Source: Podarcis erhardii (taxonomy: Eukaryota). From it: DNA of 64,000 nucleotides. Position 1 is the first letter of the stretch. The number at the start of each line of letters is the position of its first letter. Where the stretch lies: NCBI GenBank assembly GCA_964252035.1, contig OZ176206.1. One strand, written 5' to 3'. The notes under the pieces are model-generated. The model did not search any database. It was given only the letters and a program-made list of their open reading frames with translations, and was not told the DNA's origin. Position numbers and translations under genes: made by a program. This document shows positions 24,576 through 35,600 of the stretch, in pieces.

Positions 24576-27500
24576 TTCAGCCTGAGGACCACGTCCCCAA
24601 CCTTCTAGAGGCTGCTTTGGAAATATTTCTTGTGCCACATCGCACATAAGTTTTTCAAGTGTGCAAAAGGCAAAGTTGTGCTGAATTTCTGTCCTCTTTT
24701 CCTTAGGGGAGCACCAGCTGCGTGTGGACTTGGTAGACTTTGACGACCGCAAAACCTTTGCTCATTACCAGTCCTTCCAGCTCAGGGGAGAAGAGGAGAA
24801 GTATCAGCTTGTCCTGGGGCAATTCCTGGGTGGCACTGCAGGTGAGGGACTTCAAACCTGCTTTCCACACGCACTGTGGCCTGGTTTGCATGCCGCTTTA
24901 AACCAGGAGTGGGGAACTGGACCTGGTCAGAGGCATTTAGTGCATATACTGGAGATAACGGATCTCTGATATCAGATGGTATCAGGTGACTGACAGGTCG
25001 GCATGGTTTGCCTAAAATGGTCGTCTGGGCCAAATGCAGAGGCCTGGTGGGTGGGCCTAATTAGGCCCACAGGCCAAAGGCTCCCTGCTGCCATTTTAAA
25101 TTATAGTTAAGCTTACCTATGGTTTGAACCATAGGTACAAACTATCTACAGCAAACCTTTTTAGAACTAAAATACCCAGCAGATGAAGTTAGACAACAGA
25201 TCAACAGAGCCAGACTGATACCCAGAGAGAACTTGCTGCAAGACAGACCCAAAAAAGAAAATAACAGAACACCTCTAGTCATCACATACAGCTCCCAAGT
25301 TAAAACAGTACAACGCATCATCAGAGATCTACAACCTCTCCTGGACAATGACAGTTCTCTTTCTCAAGCTCTGGGAGGAAGACCTTTCATTGCCTCCAGA
25401 CAGCCCCCCAATCTTAAACAACTCCTAACCCACAATAATACTATAACCAGACTTAACACGGACACTGGCACCAGAGCCTGCAATAAACCCAGATGCCAAC
25501 TTTGCTGCCACATACACCCGGACAACACCATTACTGGCCCCAACAACATCACACATACCATCTCGGGACTATTTAATTGCTCATCGTCTAACATTGTGTA
25601 TGCCATAAAATGCCAACAGTGTCCTTCAGCTCTCTATATTGGACAAACAGGCCAGACCTTACGCCAAAGAATAAACGGACATAAATCCGACATCAGGAAC
25701 CACAAGACAGAAAAACCAGTAGGAGAACACTTCAATCTCCCAGGACATTCTATACAAGATCTCAAAGTAGCTGTTCTATTACAAAGGAATTTCAGAAATA
25801 GACTGGAAAGAGAAGCTGCTGAATTGCAACTTATCACCAAACTTAAAACTATGGAGAGACCTGGTTTGAACAAAGACATTGGATTCTTATCTCATTATAC
25901 ATGACAAAGCCATTTTTCACCTTCTCACCCCTTGCTTTTTCCTGTTAGACCTATTGCAGTCGTTAAGAGTCGTCAACAGGCTCATCGCAGCTATCTGCCA
26001 ATCACCCATTCCCACCACCCTTCTGAGTAATACCCCTCCCTACCTTCTCACTATATAGAAAGGTCCGGTGACTTCTGTTTCAGTGTATCTGAAGAAGTGT
26101 GCATGCACACGAAAGCTCATACCTAGAACTAACTCAGTTGGTCTTTAAGGTGCTACTGGAAGGAATTTTTTTATTTTGTTTTGACTATGGTTTGAAGGTG
26201 AATGTACAGTGCGTTGGTGCATCTGGTGAGATTTCTCTTCCCTGCTCGCTCTGCTACACTGCTGTGAGCTAAGTCATCGTTTTAACTTGGGCTCATGGTT
26301 TGTCTCTCTCCAAACAAACTAAGAACTTTAAGCAAGGTTTGTTCTTGGTTTGTTTGTAGGGGGGAAATAAACCACAACTCTGGGTTTGGATGAAACACAG
26401 AGCCAAACTATGGCTTAGCACAGTGGCAGCAGGAGCAGGGAGGAATGAAGGGATATAACAGGCCAACAGTTACCCGCCCCTGCTCTATTCTAGCCTGCTG
26501 CTGTCAGGTATATGGTGAACATGGTGAATCAAGGATGATCCAACAGCTGTTCTACATGGAATTGGAGGGGAGGCAAATCTTGTCCTTTTCCTCAGGCAGC
26601 AAAATATATTGAGCTGGCCCTGTCACTTTGAAGACCAACATATTTAGTATTCACTCATTCTAGACCTGGGATTGCTGTTTTGTTACTCCAGCAATGGCTG
26701 CTGTTGGAAATGTAGCAGCAGAGATCATCCTGTGTGCAGCTAAAGGGTTAATTCTGTTACTGTTATAGTCAGCTAGCCAAGAGGGGAGGTGTGGCTTAGC
26801 AACTAGGCAGAGCAGCTTGATGTTTGCTGAGGTAGCACATGCTCAGATTGGTTATGTTGACCTGAGGGAGTTTTCCTCAGTATGTTTGGTTGACGTACAA
26901 GGCTTCTGCCAAAAGAAAGAAAAACCTCTGTTCCTTTCTTGTCACATTATACACTGTTTTTGTTCAATTTCCTCAGTAAACGGTTATCAGGATTTCTCTT
27001 TTCACTGCACTCCATTTGCATTATTTAAGTGACTTAGCTAGGAGCTGCCAGGTCTCCAGCTGCTGACAGACGCATCACTGGCACCTTACCTGCCCCCACC
27101 CGTTCCTAGAGCTACCATTTAAATTTCCTACAGTGCCCTGGAGCCGTACTGCATTGGGGGCACTGTGGGAAATTAAAGTGGTTATTCTCACACCCAGCAG
27201 CCGCTCAATGCTGATCAAAGGGCTGCTTCTCCTCCCAACCAGATGAGTCCACTAGGGCCTGATGACATGGAAAAGGCACTTTGACCGAAGCTCCCTCAGA
27301 CCCAGAGGCACTGATGCTGTGGGGGGCGGGAAGAGAAATGTAATGGGCAGCAGACAAAGGAAAAAAGAGAGCACTTTTACACCACCTCTTTCTGCTCTGC
27401 AGGTGACTCCATGACCTTTCACAGCGGGCAGCGTTTTTCCACCCATGACAGTGACAATGACACCGGGACACAGAACTGCGCTGTCACTGTGCATGGAGCT

Positions 27501-27644
27501 TGGTGGTATCTCAACTGCTATAGGTCCAACCTGAATGGAGGCTATCCTATTGGTGATCGGAAAGGGCAGACCTATGGCATTGACTGGGCAACTGGCAAGG
27601 GCGTTGGCACCTCCTACAAGCGCACAGAGATGAAGATTCGCTAA
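17315..27644 (+). CDS. FCN3: Ficolin-3-like secreted lectin (join 17315-17405, [19163- damaged collagen exon], 20199-20234, 22786-22913, 23629-23758, 24707-24841, 27403-27644)
   Basis: Signal peptide exon, neck exon and four fibrinogen-domain exons ([71 protein letters not shown]). The last exon resembles FCN3 more than FCN1/2, and the gene sits between CD164L2 and MAP3K6 as human FCN3 does. Confidence 0.88.
18104..18182. repeat. Compound microsatellite (CT)n(CA)n; a similar one at about 23124-23173
   Basis: Direct reading. Confidence 0.95.
19163..19251 (+). pseudogene. FCN3: Ficolin exon 2 (N-terminal/collagen start), frameshifted and truncated by a repeat
   Basis: cccacag|[21 protein letters not shown] is in the entry frame, while [16 protein letters not shown] is in the +1 frame. 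The entry frame stops at TGA 19249-19251, and sequence after ACCCCTG runs into a MITE with no donor. Confidence 0.75.
19743..20100 (+). mobile_element. Full-length Sauria SINE
   Basis: tRNA-like head (GGTGGTGCTGTGG...GGTTCGAATCC), (ACCTTT)n tail, 13-bp TSD TAATCAAGGTATT (19730-19742, 20101-20113). Confidence 0.9.
20199..20234 (+). CDS. FCN3: Ficolin neck exon (36 bp, phase 1-1)
   Basis: atatcag|GTGAT...TCCG|gtgagt; [12 protein letters not shown], analogous to FCN3 GEPGDPVNLLRCQE. Confidence 0.8.
20811..21220 (-). mobile_element. Bov-B (RTE) LINE 3' fragment
   Basis: Minus-strand [22 protein letters not shown], the Bov-B ORF C-terminus, plus a CAA-repeat tail. Confidence 0.88.
21927..22261. 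mobile_element. hAT-type MITE
   Basis: TIRs CAGCAGCTCCCAAAC / CTTTGGGAACCGCTG; perfect 8-bp TSD CATTAAAC. Confidence 0.85.
22786..22913 (+). CDS. FCN3: Ficolin fibrinogen-domain exon A
   Basis: cccag|CACCA...CTG|gtgagt; [42 protein letters not shown]. Confidence 0.95.
23629..23758 (+). CDS. FCN3: Ficolin fibrinogen-domain exon B
   Basis: ctcag|GTG...GAGG|gtaatc; [43 protein letters not shown]. Confidence 0.95.
24387..24575 (+). repeat. L2 3' end with an (AAT)14 tail abutting an inverted (TAT)12 tract
   Basis: Direct reading; L2 terminal motif CCCAGAGTGG...GATGGGCGGGGTATAAAT. Confidence 0.85.
24707..24841 (+). CDS. FCN3: Ficolin fibrinogen-domain exon C
   Basis: ccttag|GGGAG...GCAG|gtgagg; [44 protein letters not shown]. 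Confidence 0.95.
25129..26184 (+). mobile_element. 5'-truncated Penelope-like retroelement (GIY-YIG endonuclease end plus pseudo-LTR)
   Basis: ORF 25233-25904 with C-x4-C-x2-C and VYAIKCQQC...LYIGQT GIY-YIG motifs; flanked by CTATGGTTTGAA duplication (25117-25128, 26185-26196). Confidence 0.9.
26085..26122 (+). ncRNA. Minimal type I hammerhead ribozyme motif (Penelope-associated)
   Basis: GTAT-CTGAAGA-A-GTGTG CATG CACAC-GAAA-GCTC-ATAC: conserved core, 5-bp stem II, 4-bp stem I, palindromic AGCT in place of stem III. Confidence 0.75.
27403..27644 (+). CDS. FCN3: Ficolin terminal exon
   Basis: ctgcag|GTGAC...CGCTAA; [19 protein letters not shown]...[10 protein letters not shown]; AATAAA at 27883 and 28012. 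Confidence 0.95.
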
Positions 27645-29479
27645 AGAGATCCCATTTGAGGCCTAGAAAGCAACCAAAGGGAATGAGTAAAGCAAAAATT
27701 AAGCAGCTATATGGGTGTTTGTGTGTCTCTTTATTTTGCATGAGGGATTATTCTGCTTCCAAAATCCGTTCAAGCTTTTAATAGGTGAGGGAGAGGCTCC
27801 ATTAGGGCAAAATGTTTACTGTCCATATTGAGGATGCCTAACAAGCAAAACATTTCAAATCACAAAGGCCAAAATCAATAATAATAAAAATACAATCCAG
27901 CCCAAAGTACCTGGTTTATTCAGCAAAATACTCAAATATTGAAACTGCGGCTAGCTATTTATTTATTTGCTTGTTAGCTACTTGATCAAAGAGCTCTCTA
28001 AGCAGTGTGAAAATAAAACACACCTAAAGTCCACCACTGCCAGTTAGAATACTTAATATTTGGCAACCTTTGTAAATGGATATGTCTGACTTTGTTTTGA
28101 GTTAAATGAAGCAGTCCCCTCTAGCCTAATTCTGGCAATATTCACACCATACATTCAATGCACTACAATACCTCTTTAAACGGTCATGACTCCCCACAAA
28201 GAATTCTGGGAGCTATAGTTCATTAATGGTGCCGACAGCTGTTAGGAGAGCAATATTCACCTCCAAAACCTACAGTTCCCAGAGTTCCCTGTAAAGTGGG
28301 ATTGTTTGTTGAACTGCTCTGATAACTGTAGCTCTGTGAGGGGAATCGGGGCCTCCTCACAGCTATCAGTACCCTTAGCAAAATACAGCTTCCAGAATCC
28401 TTTGAGGAAAGCCATGGCTGTTTAGTAGTGTAGTGCTTTAAATGGCTGGTGTGAACCTGTCTGCTGTGACTGGCAACAGCTTTCCAAGGTTTCAAGTGGA
28501 GTCCTTTCGTTTTCCGGTCCTGATTTTTTGCGGGAGCTTTTAATAGGAGAGAGCAGAGGACTGGATGTCCTCGACCTCAAGGTAAGTCTCTATCCAGTTC
28601 ACTTTGGTTGCCAAGGGAGGTTATGTAGGGATATTAAAGTGTTTGACAAGGCAATTTTCAACCATGGGTCATATCTGGATGAGAAAGAGGCATTAATAAA
28701 GCTAGGGCTGTAATCAGGAAGACCGTGAGTGCATTGGTATTGGAAAAGTGAGTCAAAAAGTCTTCAGGCCTATCCATTCTCTGTTTTCATACTGCCATTA
28801 ACCTCTTTACTTTTTCCACCAGGTATTTCCTTTTGTTTTCTGTTGTCAGACTGTGGTTATCTACTTGACTTATATCGGTTTTATACCATCTTAGCTGATA
28901 GTTCCCACCCAAGCATTCTGGGAATTGTATTTTGCTAAGGATGCTGACAGTTCCCTGTTAGCAGCCTCTAGCACTGGCCTCCCATCACACAACAGCAATT
29001 ATCATAGTTCTGAGGGAAGTAGTAATACCTGTTAAAAGTATACTAACAAACATATTGTTATGAGCACCCCGTTTCTCTGAGTGGTGAGAAATCCCAGGGG
29101 TTGTGGAACAGCACTTAACCAATTTTGTTTCCTTTTAGGGAGGAGATCACTGGAGACTCCTGGGTGGTTTGTAATATTTACGTTTATTTACAAATTTATT
29201 TAGTTACTTGATTTCACAGCATTTCTTTAGCGCTTGATTGTAACTAAAACTCTTGAGTGGTTTAACAAAAAAGACTCCCAGCAACATTAAAACATTACAA
29301 GTATCAGTTAAAACAACAACAACAGGTAAAAACAAGTATTAAGAACATTCAAAATATCATTAAAATCAGCAATGCCAAAAAGAAATTAAAACACATGTCT
29401 GGATTCTGCGGATAGGCTCCATGGTTCATTTTGCATAACATAAATCCCTGCATATTTTACATAAACTAAAACATTCAGT

Positions 29480-29690
29480 ATTCCATTATTACATCCATCA
29501 AAACTTATTTACACTGTTGAATTTATCTGCCAATGTTTTCAAGTGTACACAATTTGCCCCCACATATTCAATAAACATTTTCCAATCTTCCTTAAATGTA
29601 TGTTCTTCTTGTTCTCTTATTCTATATGTTAGGTTCGCAAGCTGCACATATTCCATCAGTTTAAATTGCCAGAGACAAAAATGTTTTAAT
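29480..29690 (-). mobile_element. Old L1 ORF2 C-terminal fragment
   Basis: WQFKLMEYVQLANLTYRIREQEEHTFKEDWKMFIEY aligns by eye with the end of the L1 ORF at 55k. Confidence 0.65.
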
Positions 29691-29809
29691 CGGGCACCAA
29701 AGGATACAACAAAACTCCTGAATAATGGAAACAGGCAGGGAGTTCTAAAGTGAAGGTGCTGCCACACTAAAATATTAACAGTGTCAGTTAACAGTGCCAG
29801 TTCCACAGA

Positions 29810-30370
29810 TCAAAGTGGCCGATTGGATATATATATATATATATGGGGGGGGTAGCGGTCCTGAAAGTAAACAGGTCCCAAACTGTTAAGGGCTTTATAT
29901 ACTAATAGTAACACGTTGAACTTGGCCCAATAGCAAATTGGCAATCCGTGCAGGTCTCTGAGCAAAGGTGTTAGATGCTGACAGGGTCGCATCGCTGTCA
30001 GCATCCTGCACAAGCTGTGGTTTTCCGGATCCAAGAAGCAAAAGCAAAGCCCCACGTAGAGCACACTGCAGTAATCCAATCCTCAAGTAACGAAAGCTTG
30101 AACCACTGGGGGCAAGCTTTCCTAGTCCAGAAACTGTCTTTTCTGTCGTACTGTCCGCAGATAGCCAGTGAGGCTACCTGGGCTTCCAGTGACAAAGATG
30201 GACATAGCATCCGCAGACTGTGAACCTGCTCCTTCAGGGGCAGTGCAACCCCATCCAGGGCAGGCAGTTGGTCAGTTTCTCAGGGGCACTGAAACCACTC
30301 ACCCACAGCATCTCCATCTTGCCAGGTTTCAAGCTCAGCTTGTTTCTCCTCATCCATCTCACCCACTGTG
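29810..30370 (-). mobile_element. L2-clade LINE RT fragment
   Basis: DYCSVLYVGL...HLTPLLRDLHGLPICY..KFNVLLLVYKALNSLGP. Confidence 0.75.
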
Positions 30371-30879
30371 ACTACTCAGCCCCTCCATTTTATGGAGAAA
30401 TGGAGCTGAGTGTCATTGGCCCACTGATGGCACCTTGCCCTAAAACTAATGACCACTCTCAGTGGATTCATATAGATATTAACTCGCACTGGAGATAAGA
30501 CAGTTCCCTGCTGGAATTAGTGCTTCCGCCTTTGTTTACTTGTGTCTTACTGGAACCTACAAGAAAGTTAATATGTTTCTAAACTGGTAAAGGTCAGACA
30601 GGTATTCTGCATTTCCTTTCTTCTTTTTTTAAACAAAATAATTATGTTTTAATATACTATAACATTGTATTTCCTATACTTGTCACTTCCAAGGAAAGTA
30701 TGCTTAATCATTTATCCATGGTATTTTGAAGCTTATTTATCACTTTAACAACAGAAATGCATCAAATAATTCTAGCTGGTTATTACTTTTAATATCATGA
30801 ATGGGGGCCTTAAACTTGCAAACTGCTTTCACGTCTGTCTTTCTCTCATTCTTCCACTGAAAGCAGTTCTGGAATTCTC

Positions 30880-30880
<1 letters not shown>

Positions 30881-30927
<47 letters not shown>

Positions 30928-31305
30928 ATAATACCCCACCCATCTGGCCAGGTCTCCCCAGCCACTCTGGGCGGCTCCCAATAGAACACTAAAAACAGAA
31001 TAAAACATCAAACACTAAAAACTTCCCTAAACAGGGCTGCCTTCAGATGTCTTCTATAAGTCAGATAGTTGTTTATTTCCTTGACGTCTGATGGGAGGAA
31101 GTTCCACGGGGCGGGTGCCACTACTGAGAAGGCCCTCTGCCTGGTTCCCTGTAGCTTTGCTTCTCGCAATGAGGGAACCGCCAGAAGGCCCTTGGTGCTG
31201 GACCTCAGCATCCGGGCAGAACGATGGGGGTGGAGACGCTCCTTCAGGTATACTAGGCCGAGGCCATTTAAGGCTTTAAAGGTCAGCACCAATACTTTGA
31301 ATTCA
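30881..31305 (-). mobile_element. L2-clade LINE 3' fragment with (AAT)n tail
   Basis: FKVLVLTFKALNGLGLVYLKERL...[25 protein letters not shown]. Confidence 0.85.
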
Positions 31306-33928
31306 GTGGCTAGCAAAATTTTGTCTAGCTCCCATTGAATTCCCAGTCATTGTATGATTTGACCATTATTCTTCCAATATCCCAAATTTGGAAAGGATCA
31401 AAAATTCAATATATCCCATTATATCCTCAATGGTGTTGTTTTATTTTTTTTTAAGAATCCCCCTCATTTAACTTTATCACAGTTCCATTACATATGCAAG
31501 AAATCAGCCCCCTGTTCCTTTCATATCCAGCATCAATACTCAACCTTTCCTAATCAGAGGTTAAATACCAACAATCATAGAATCATAGTTAGAAAGGACC
31601 ACAATCGTCATCTAGTCCAATCCCCTGCAATGGAGGAATCTTTTGCTCAATGTGGGGGCTCAAACCCACAACCCTGAGATTAAGAGTCTTATGTTCTACC
31701 AACTGACATTAAAAGCATCTTATAATAATTCCCCATCATATGTGTTGGTAGTGACTCAGCCAAATGTGTAATCTATTTTAACATGGTTCTCTGATATAAA
31801 TTTGCCTATCACATCTTTTGCCATCTTAACTTGACGTCATTAATTTTTTCTCATTGGGTGTTCTGCATTTCAGAACACTTTAGTACAGGAATATGAAAGC
31901 TCTGGCAGAATACACTCTGTGGTTTCTAAATGGTTAATGAGGAGGAACAGGACAACATTGTTGTACAGGAAAGGGCCAATGGAAAAATTGCAGCTGCTGG
32001 AGATTACCTTAATGGCCTTGGCAAGTATTCTATACGTTAGGGAAATTACAGGTCAGTGGCCTGCAATTACTAGGAAAGAGTTGGAGGTTTTTATGGAAGG
32101 TTGAAAACCATTTTTGCTACACCTTTCTCTCAAACTGTGTGTAAAAAACAGGGGTTGGGAACCCTCCTTTACCCCAGCCCACATGGTCAAGGTTTCTATC
32201 TGCCCTGCCTGTTTTTGCCAAGAGAACCACATGAGTTTTTAAAGTGACTAAGAATTGTTAGCAAGAGACAAGCTGAGTAAGCAATAGTGCAGTTAGGTGA
32301 TTTTTGACTGGTGGTGGTGGTGGTAGTGATCTTACAAGCACTCCACACTTTGGATGGAAATGTGAATTACTTTAGCATGTGGTACACCAGCCCTGCTGTG
32401 GTTTGAGGCCTCTCCTGCTTACTCTGTCCAAAAGTCCTGCACTGATGACACCAATGGAAAAAGAACAGTAATTTTTTAGCCTGGAAAGATTTTTATGACC
32501 TTCCCTTAGGCTCACACAGGAAGCTTATACGGAGTCATCCATCTGGCTCAGTATTGTCTACACACAGACTGGGAGATTTCTCCCAGCCCTATGTGGAGAT
32601 GCCAGGAATTGAGCCTGAGCTAAAAACAACTTTTGTTTAAAAGAACTTCCTTATGTTGCTCCTCACACCCTTTAAGAGAGAAAAAGGGGATTCCCCACCA
32701 CAATTACTTAAGCACATAGTAAGGATGATGGTAATCAGAAAAAAAATCCAGAATGAGGCAAGTCCTGTGCAGGCCAGGCTTAGGTGGGTAGAATATTTCC
32801 ACTCCTGGGTGGCATTTTAAAAAACCAACAACAAACCAGAAGTGTTCCAGTTCTTAGAAGCAAACTCTCATTCTTTGGAAAGTGACGTGGGACAAATTTA
32901 CTAACGGAGTGATCCAGTCTAGGCAATGCACCTGCTGACCTCCTGCTGGCAGGACTGTCTGGAGAAGACGGGGAAAATTAGCTGTAGACTTTTACACCTC
33001 TCCATCCCTGGTGGTTGTTTTTCTTTCCATATGCCCTCTTTCAGTTCTCCACTTCCTCTCTCTCCCTGCCTCAACTAAGAACCAGTAGGACTTACTTGTG
33101 CTCTTAAGAGTTTTCCACGTGGTTTTAAAGATGCATCTGCACCAGGTGTTTTCTCCAGGTTGCAGCCTCCAACCCACACAGCCCCACCCCGATTCTAGTA
33201 CCAACACATCCTCATTACAAAAAGCTTCAGAAATACTACTGGTGTCTTCACACATCAACCTGCAGTATTCCATCGCCCAGGGAGGTTCAATGACCAGGAA
33301 TGGCATGTTCCAGGCTGCCACGTCAGTGCAGTGGAGGCAGTGCAGGATTTGCACACAAGCTGAATACCAATTCATAAATAAATACACTACATTTCAAGTT
33401 TTACGCAACTGGTTAAAAAAGCAAGAAAACCGGGGAAACAGGCTCTAAAACAGACATTATTGTTCTGATGTGACAAAAATATACAGTACGTAATGGCTAC
33501 AATGTTATATGTCATGTTTGGTTTAAATCTGCAGAAATCAGCATTTCTTTGGGCCAGGTGTCCATAAGCTGTCAAACAGCATTGGCGGCAGGTGACATCA
33601 GGTGCAGGATATGCAGCATCTTAAATGTGATTTAGAACTGGCAGGTGTGAGGAGCCTCTGGCCCTCCTAGTGTTGCTAAACTACAACTCCCATCATCCCT
33701 GGCCAATGGCCATGCTTGCTGGGGCTTATGGGGGTTGTAGTTCAGCAGCATCCGGAGAGCCAGAGGTTCCCCCACCTGGTTTAGGGCCATAACATGACAT
33801 AATCCTACCCTGTGTGGCCCTGAGGCCCACCTGAGAGCTGTCCAAGGTCCACTGTTTCAGAAACACTGACCTGCCGTAGCTCTCCAGAATTTTACAGCTG
33901 CTGTCTGAAATCACATTAATCATGCTCT

Positions 33929-34270
33929 GTAAAGGTAAAGGGACCCCTGACCATTAGGTCCAGTCGTAGCCGACTCTGGGGTTGCAGCACTCATCTCGCT
34001 TTATTGGCCGAGGGAACCGGCGTACAGCTTCTGGGTCATGTGGCCAGCATGACTAAGCCGCTTCTGGCGAACCAGAGCAGTGCATAGAAACGCTGTTTAC
34101 CTTCCTGCTGGAGCGGTACCTATTTATCTACTTGCACTTTTGATGTGCTTTCTAACTGCTAGGTTGGCAGGAGCTGGGACGGAGCAACAGGAGCTCACTC
34201 CGTCACAGGGATTCGAGCCGCCAACCTTCTGATCAGCAAGTCCTAGGTGCTGGTTTAACCCACAGCGCCA
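33929..34270 (-). mobile_element. Sauria SINE
   Basis: Reverse complement of the 19743-20100 copy. Confidence 0.88.
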
Positions 34271-34399
34271 TTAAACACCAGCTGCATACACACCATACTT
34301 TTTAAGCACTCCCCCAGAGAATCCTGGGAACTGTAGTTTGCAAAGAGCTGGGAATTAAAACTCTGTGAAAGGTAAACTACAGCTTCCATGATTCTCGGG

Positions 34400-35600
34400 G
34401 GCAGAATGTGCGCCCGGTGTGCGCCCTAGGAGCACACGTGTTGCCATTCTACTTTGCTGTATTCTTTAGGTGGCGCACATGCCGGATATCGTCCTTACTC
34501 GAGGTGGGAGCGGCAGGGGGGAAAAGGAGCCGGACGCGGGTGCCAGGAGGAGGCGGCACCGCGGAGCAGACGCCATGGAGACGGCTCTGCGTGTGCGCTC
34601 GCTCGCCGCTCTCCTCCTCCGCCCCCTCTTGCACAATCGCCCCGGGGGCGCTGGCGCTGGTCTCGGGGTGTTTGCGCCAACAGGAAAGGCGGCGGAAGAG
34701 CGCGCCCGCCGCGCCTCCCTTCCCTGCGCTCCGCTCCCGGCTGCGGGGCATTTCTCTCCCGCTGCGCGCCTCGGCGTCGATCCCTAGCAGCGCAGCACAG
34801 GAAGGAGAAAAATGCCCAGCGAGACCCACCCACCTCGGGAACTCGTCGAGGAAGTTTGGCGGGGCGGGGCGGGGCTTGGCGATCCCACGTGGGGCTGAGA
34901 TGGACCAAGTTTGGGAGCTGTAAATAACCCTAAAATCGGAGGCGGGCGGAAAAACAAACGCAACTTTTCTGCCTGTTGGTTCGTTTGGGGCGAATCCACG
35001 CAATGGCTCGTTTGTTTCTTTAAAAGAGGCGCTTTCTGACTCCGAGGGAATCGCAGCATGGAAGAGGACAGCAGCAAGCTGGGAAGCGCCGGGAGTCTCT
35101 GGCAGGACCCTTTGGCGATCGCGCTCACCCCCAGCAAGCCAGTCTCTGCAGGGAGCCAGGGCGCCCGAGGGGGCGGCGGCGGCGGCGGCAGCGGCAGCAA
35201 CGGGGGCGGCAGCAGCAGCGGCGGTGGCAGCGGTAGGGGCCGACCCCTGAGCGTGGTTTACATCTTCCCCGAGGATCTGGAAGAGCCTCTGCCTCTCCAA
35301 TGCCTGCGGGAAGCCTGCAAGGAGGTCCCGGCGACGGAGCTGACGACGCTGCCTTTTGGCACCGTGGCGCTGGGGGACACCGCGCCCCTGGATACTTTCT
35401 ACAACGCAGGTGAGTCCCTGCAAACGCAGCCTCTGCCTCGGCCGGCTAGCGGTTCCGTCAGTTCACCTGGGAAGGAAACCTGCCCAGGGCAACTCCGTGG
35501 GAGAGCAGAGGGCATTGGCAAGTCAGAGCTTAACGCCGCGGTTTTCGTCCGGGTTGTCTCGGGCGGACCGAGACGCTGCAGATGTGCTCAGATGTTGCCA
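34400..35600 (+). promoter_or_regulatory. CpG island / MAP3K6 promoter and exon 1 region
   Basis: Abrupt rise in GC and CpG content; tandem GGGGCGGGGC (Sp1-type) boxes at 34861-34875; overlaps the first coding exon. Confidence 0.8.
35058..35409 (+). CDS. MAP3K6: MAP3K6 exon 1
   Basis: [19 protein letters not shown]...RPLSVVY...[20 protein letters not shown]; donor GCAG|gtgagt. Confidence 0.88.

Noticed and set aside
24416-24752. Poly-Asn/poly-Tyr ORFs
   Set aside because: Translations of AAT/TAT microsatellites in an L2 tail.
33098-33448. 116-aa ORF upstream of MAP3K6
   Set aside because: No recognisable homology, non-ATG annotated start, no supporting splice structure.
34449-35423. 324-aa antisense ORF and other long ORFs over the CpG island
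   Set aside because: GC-rich sequence is depleted of stops; it is antisense to MAP3K6 exon 1, has no recognisable domain and is low complexity.
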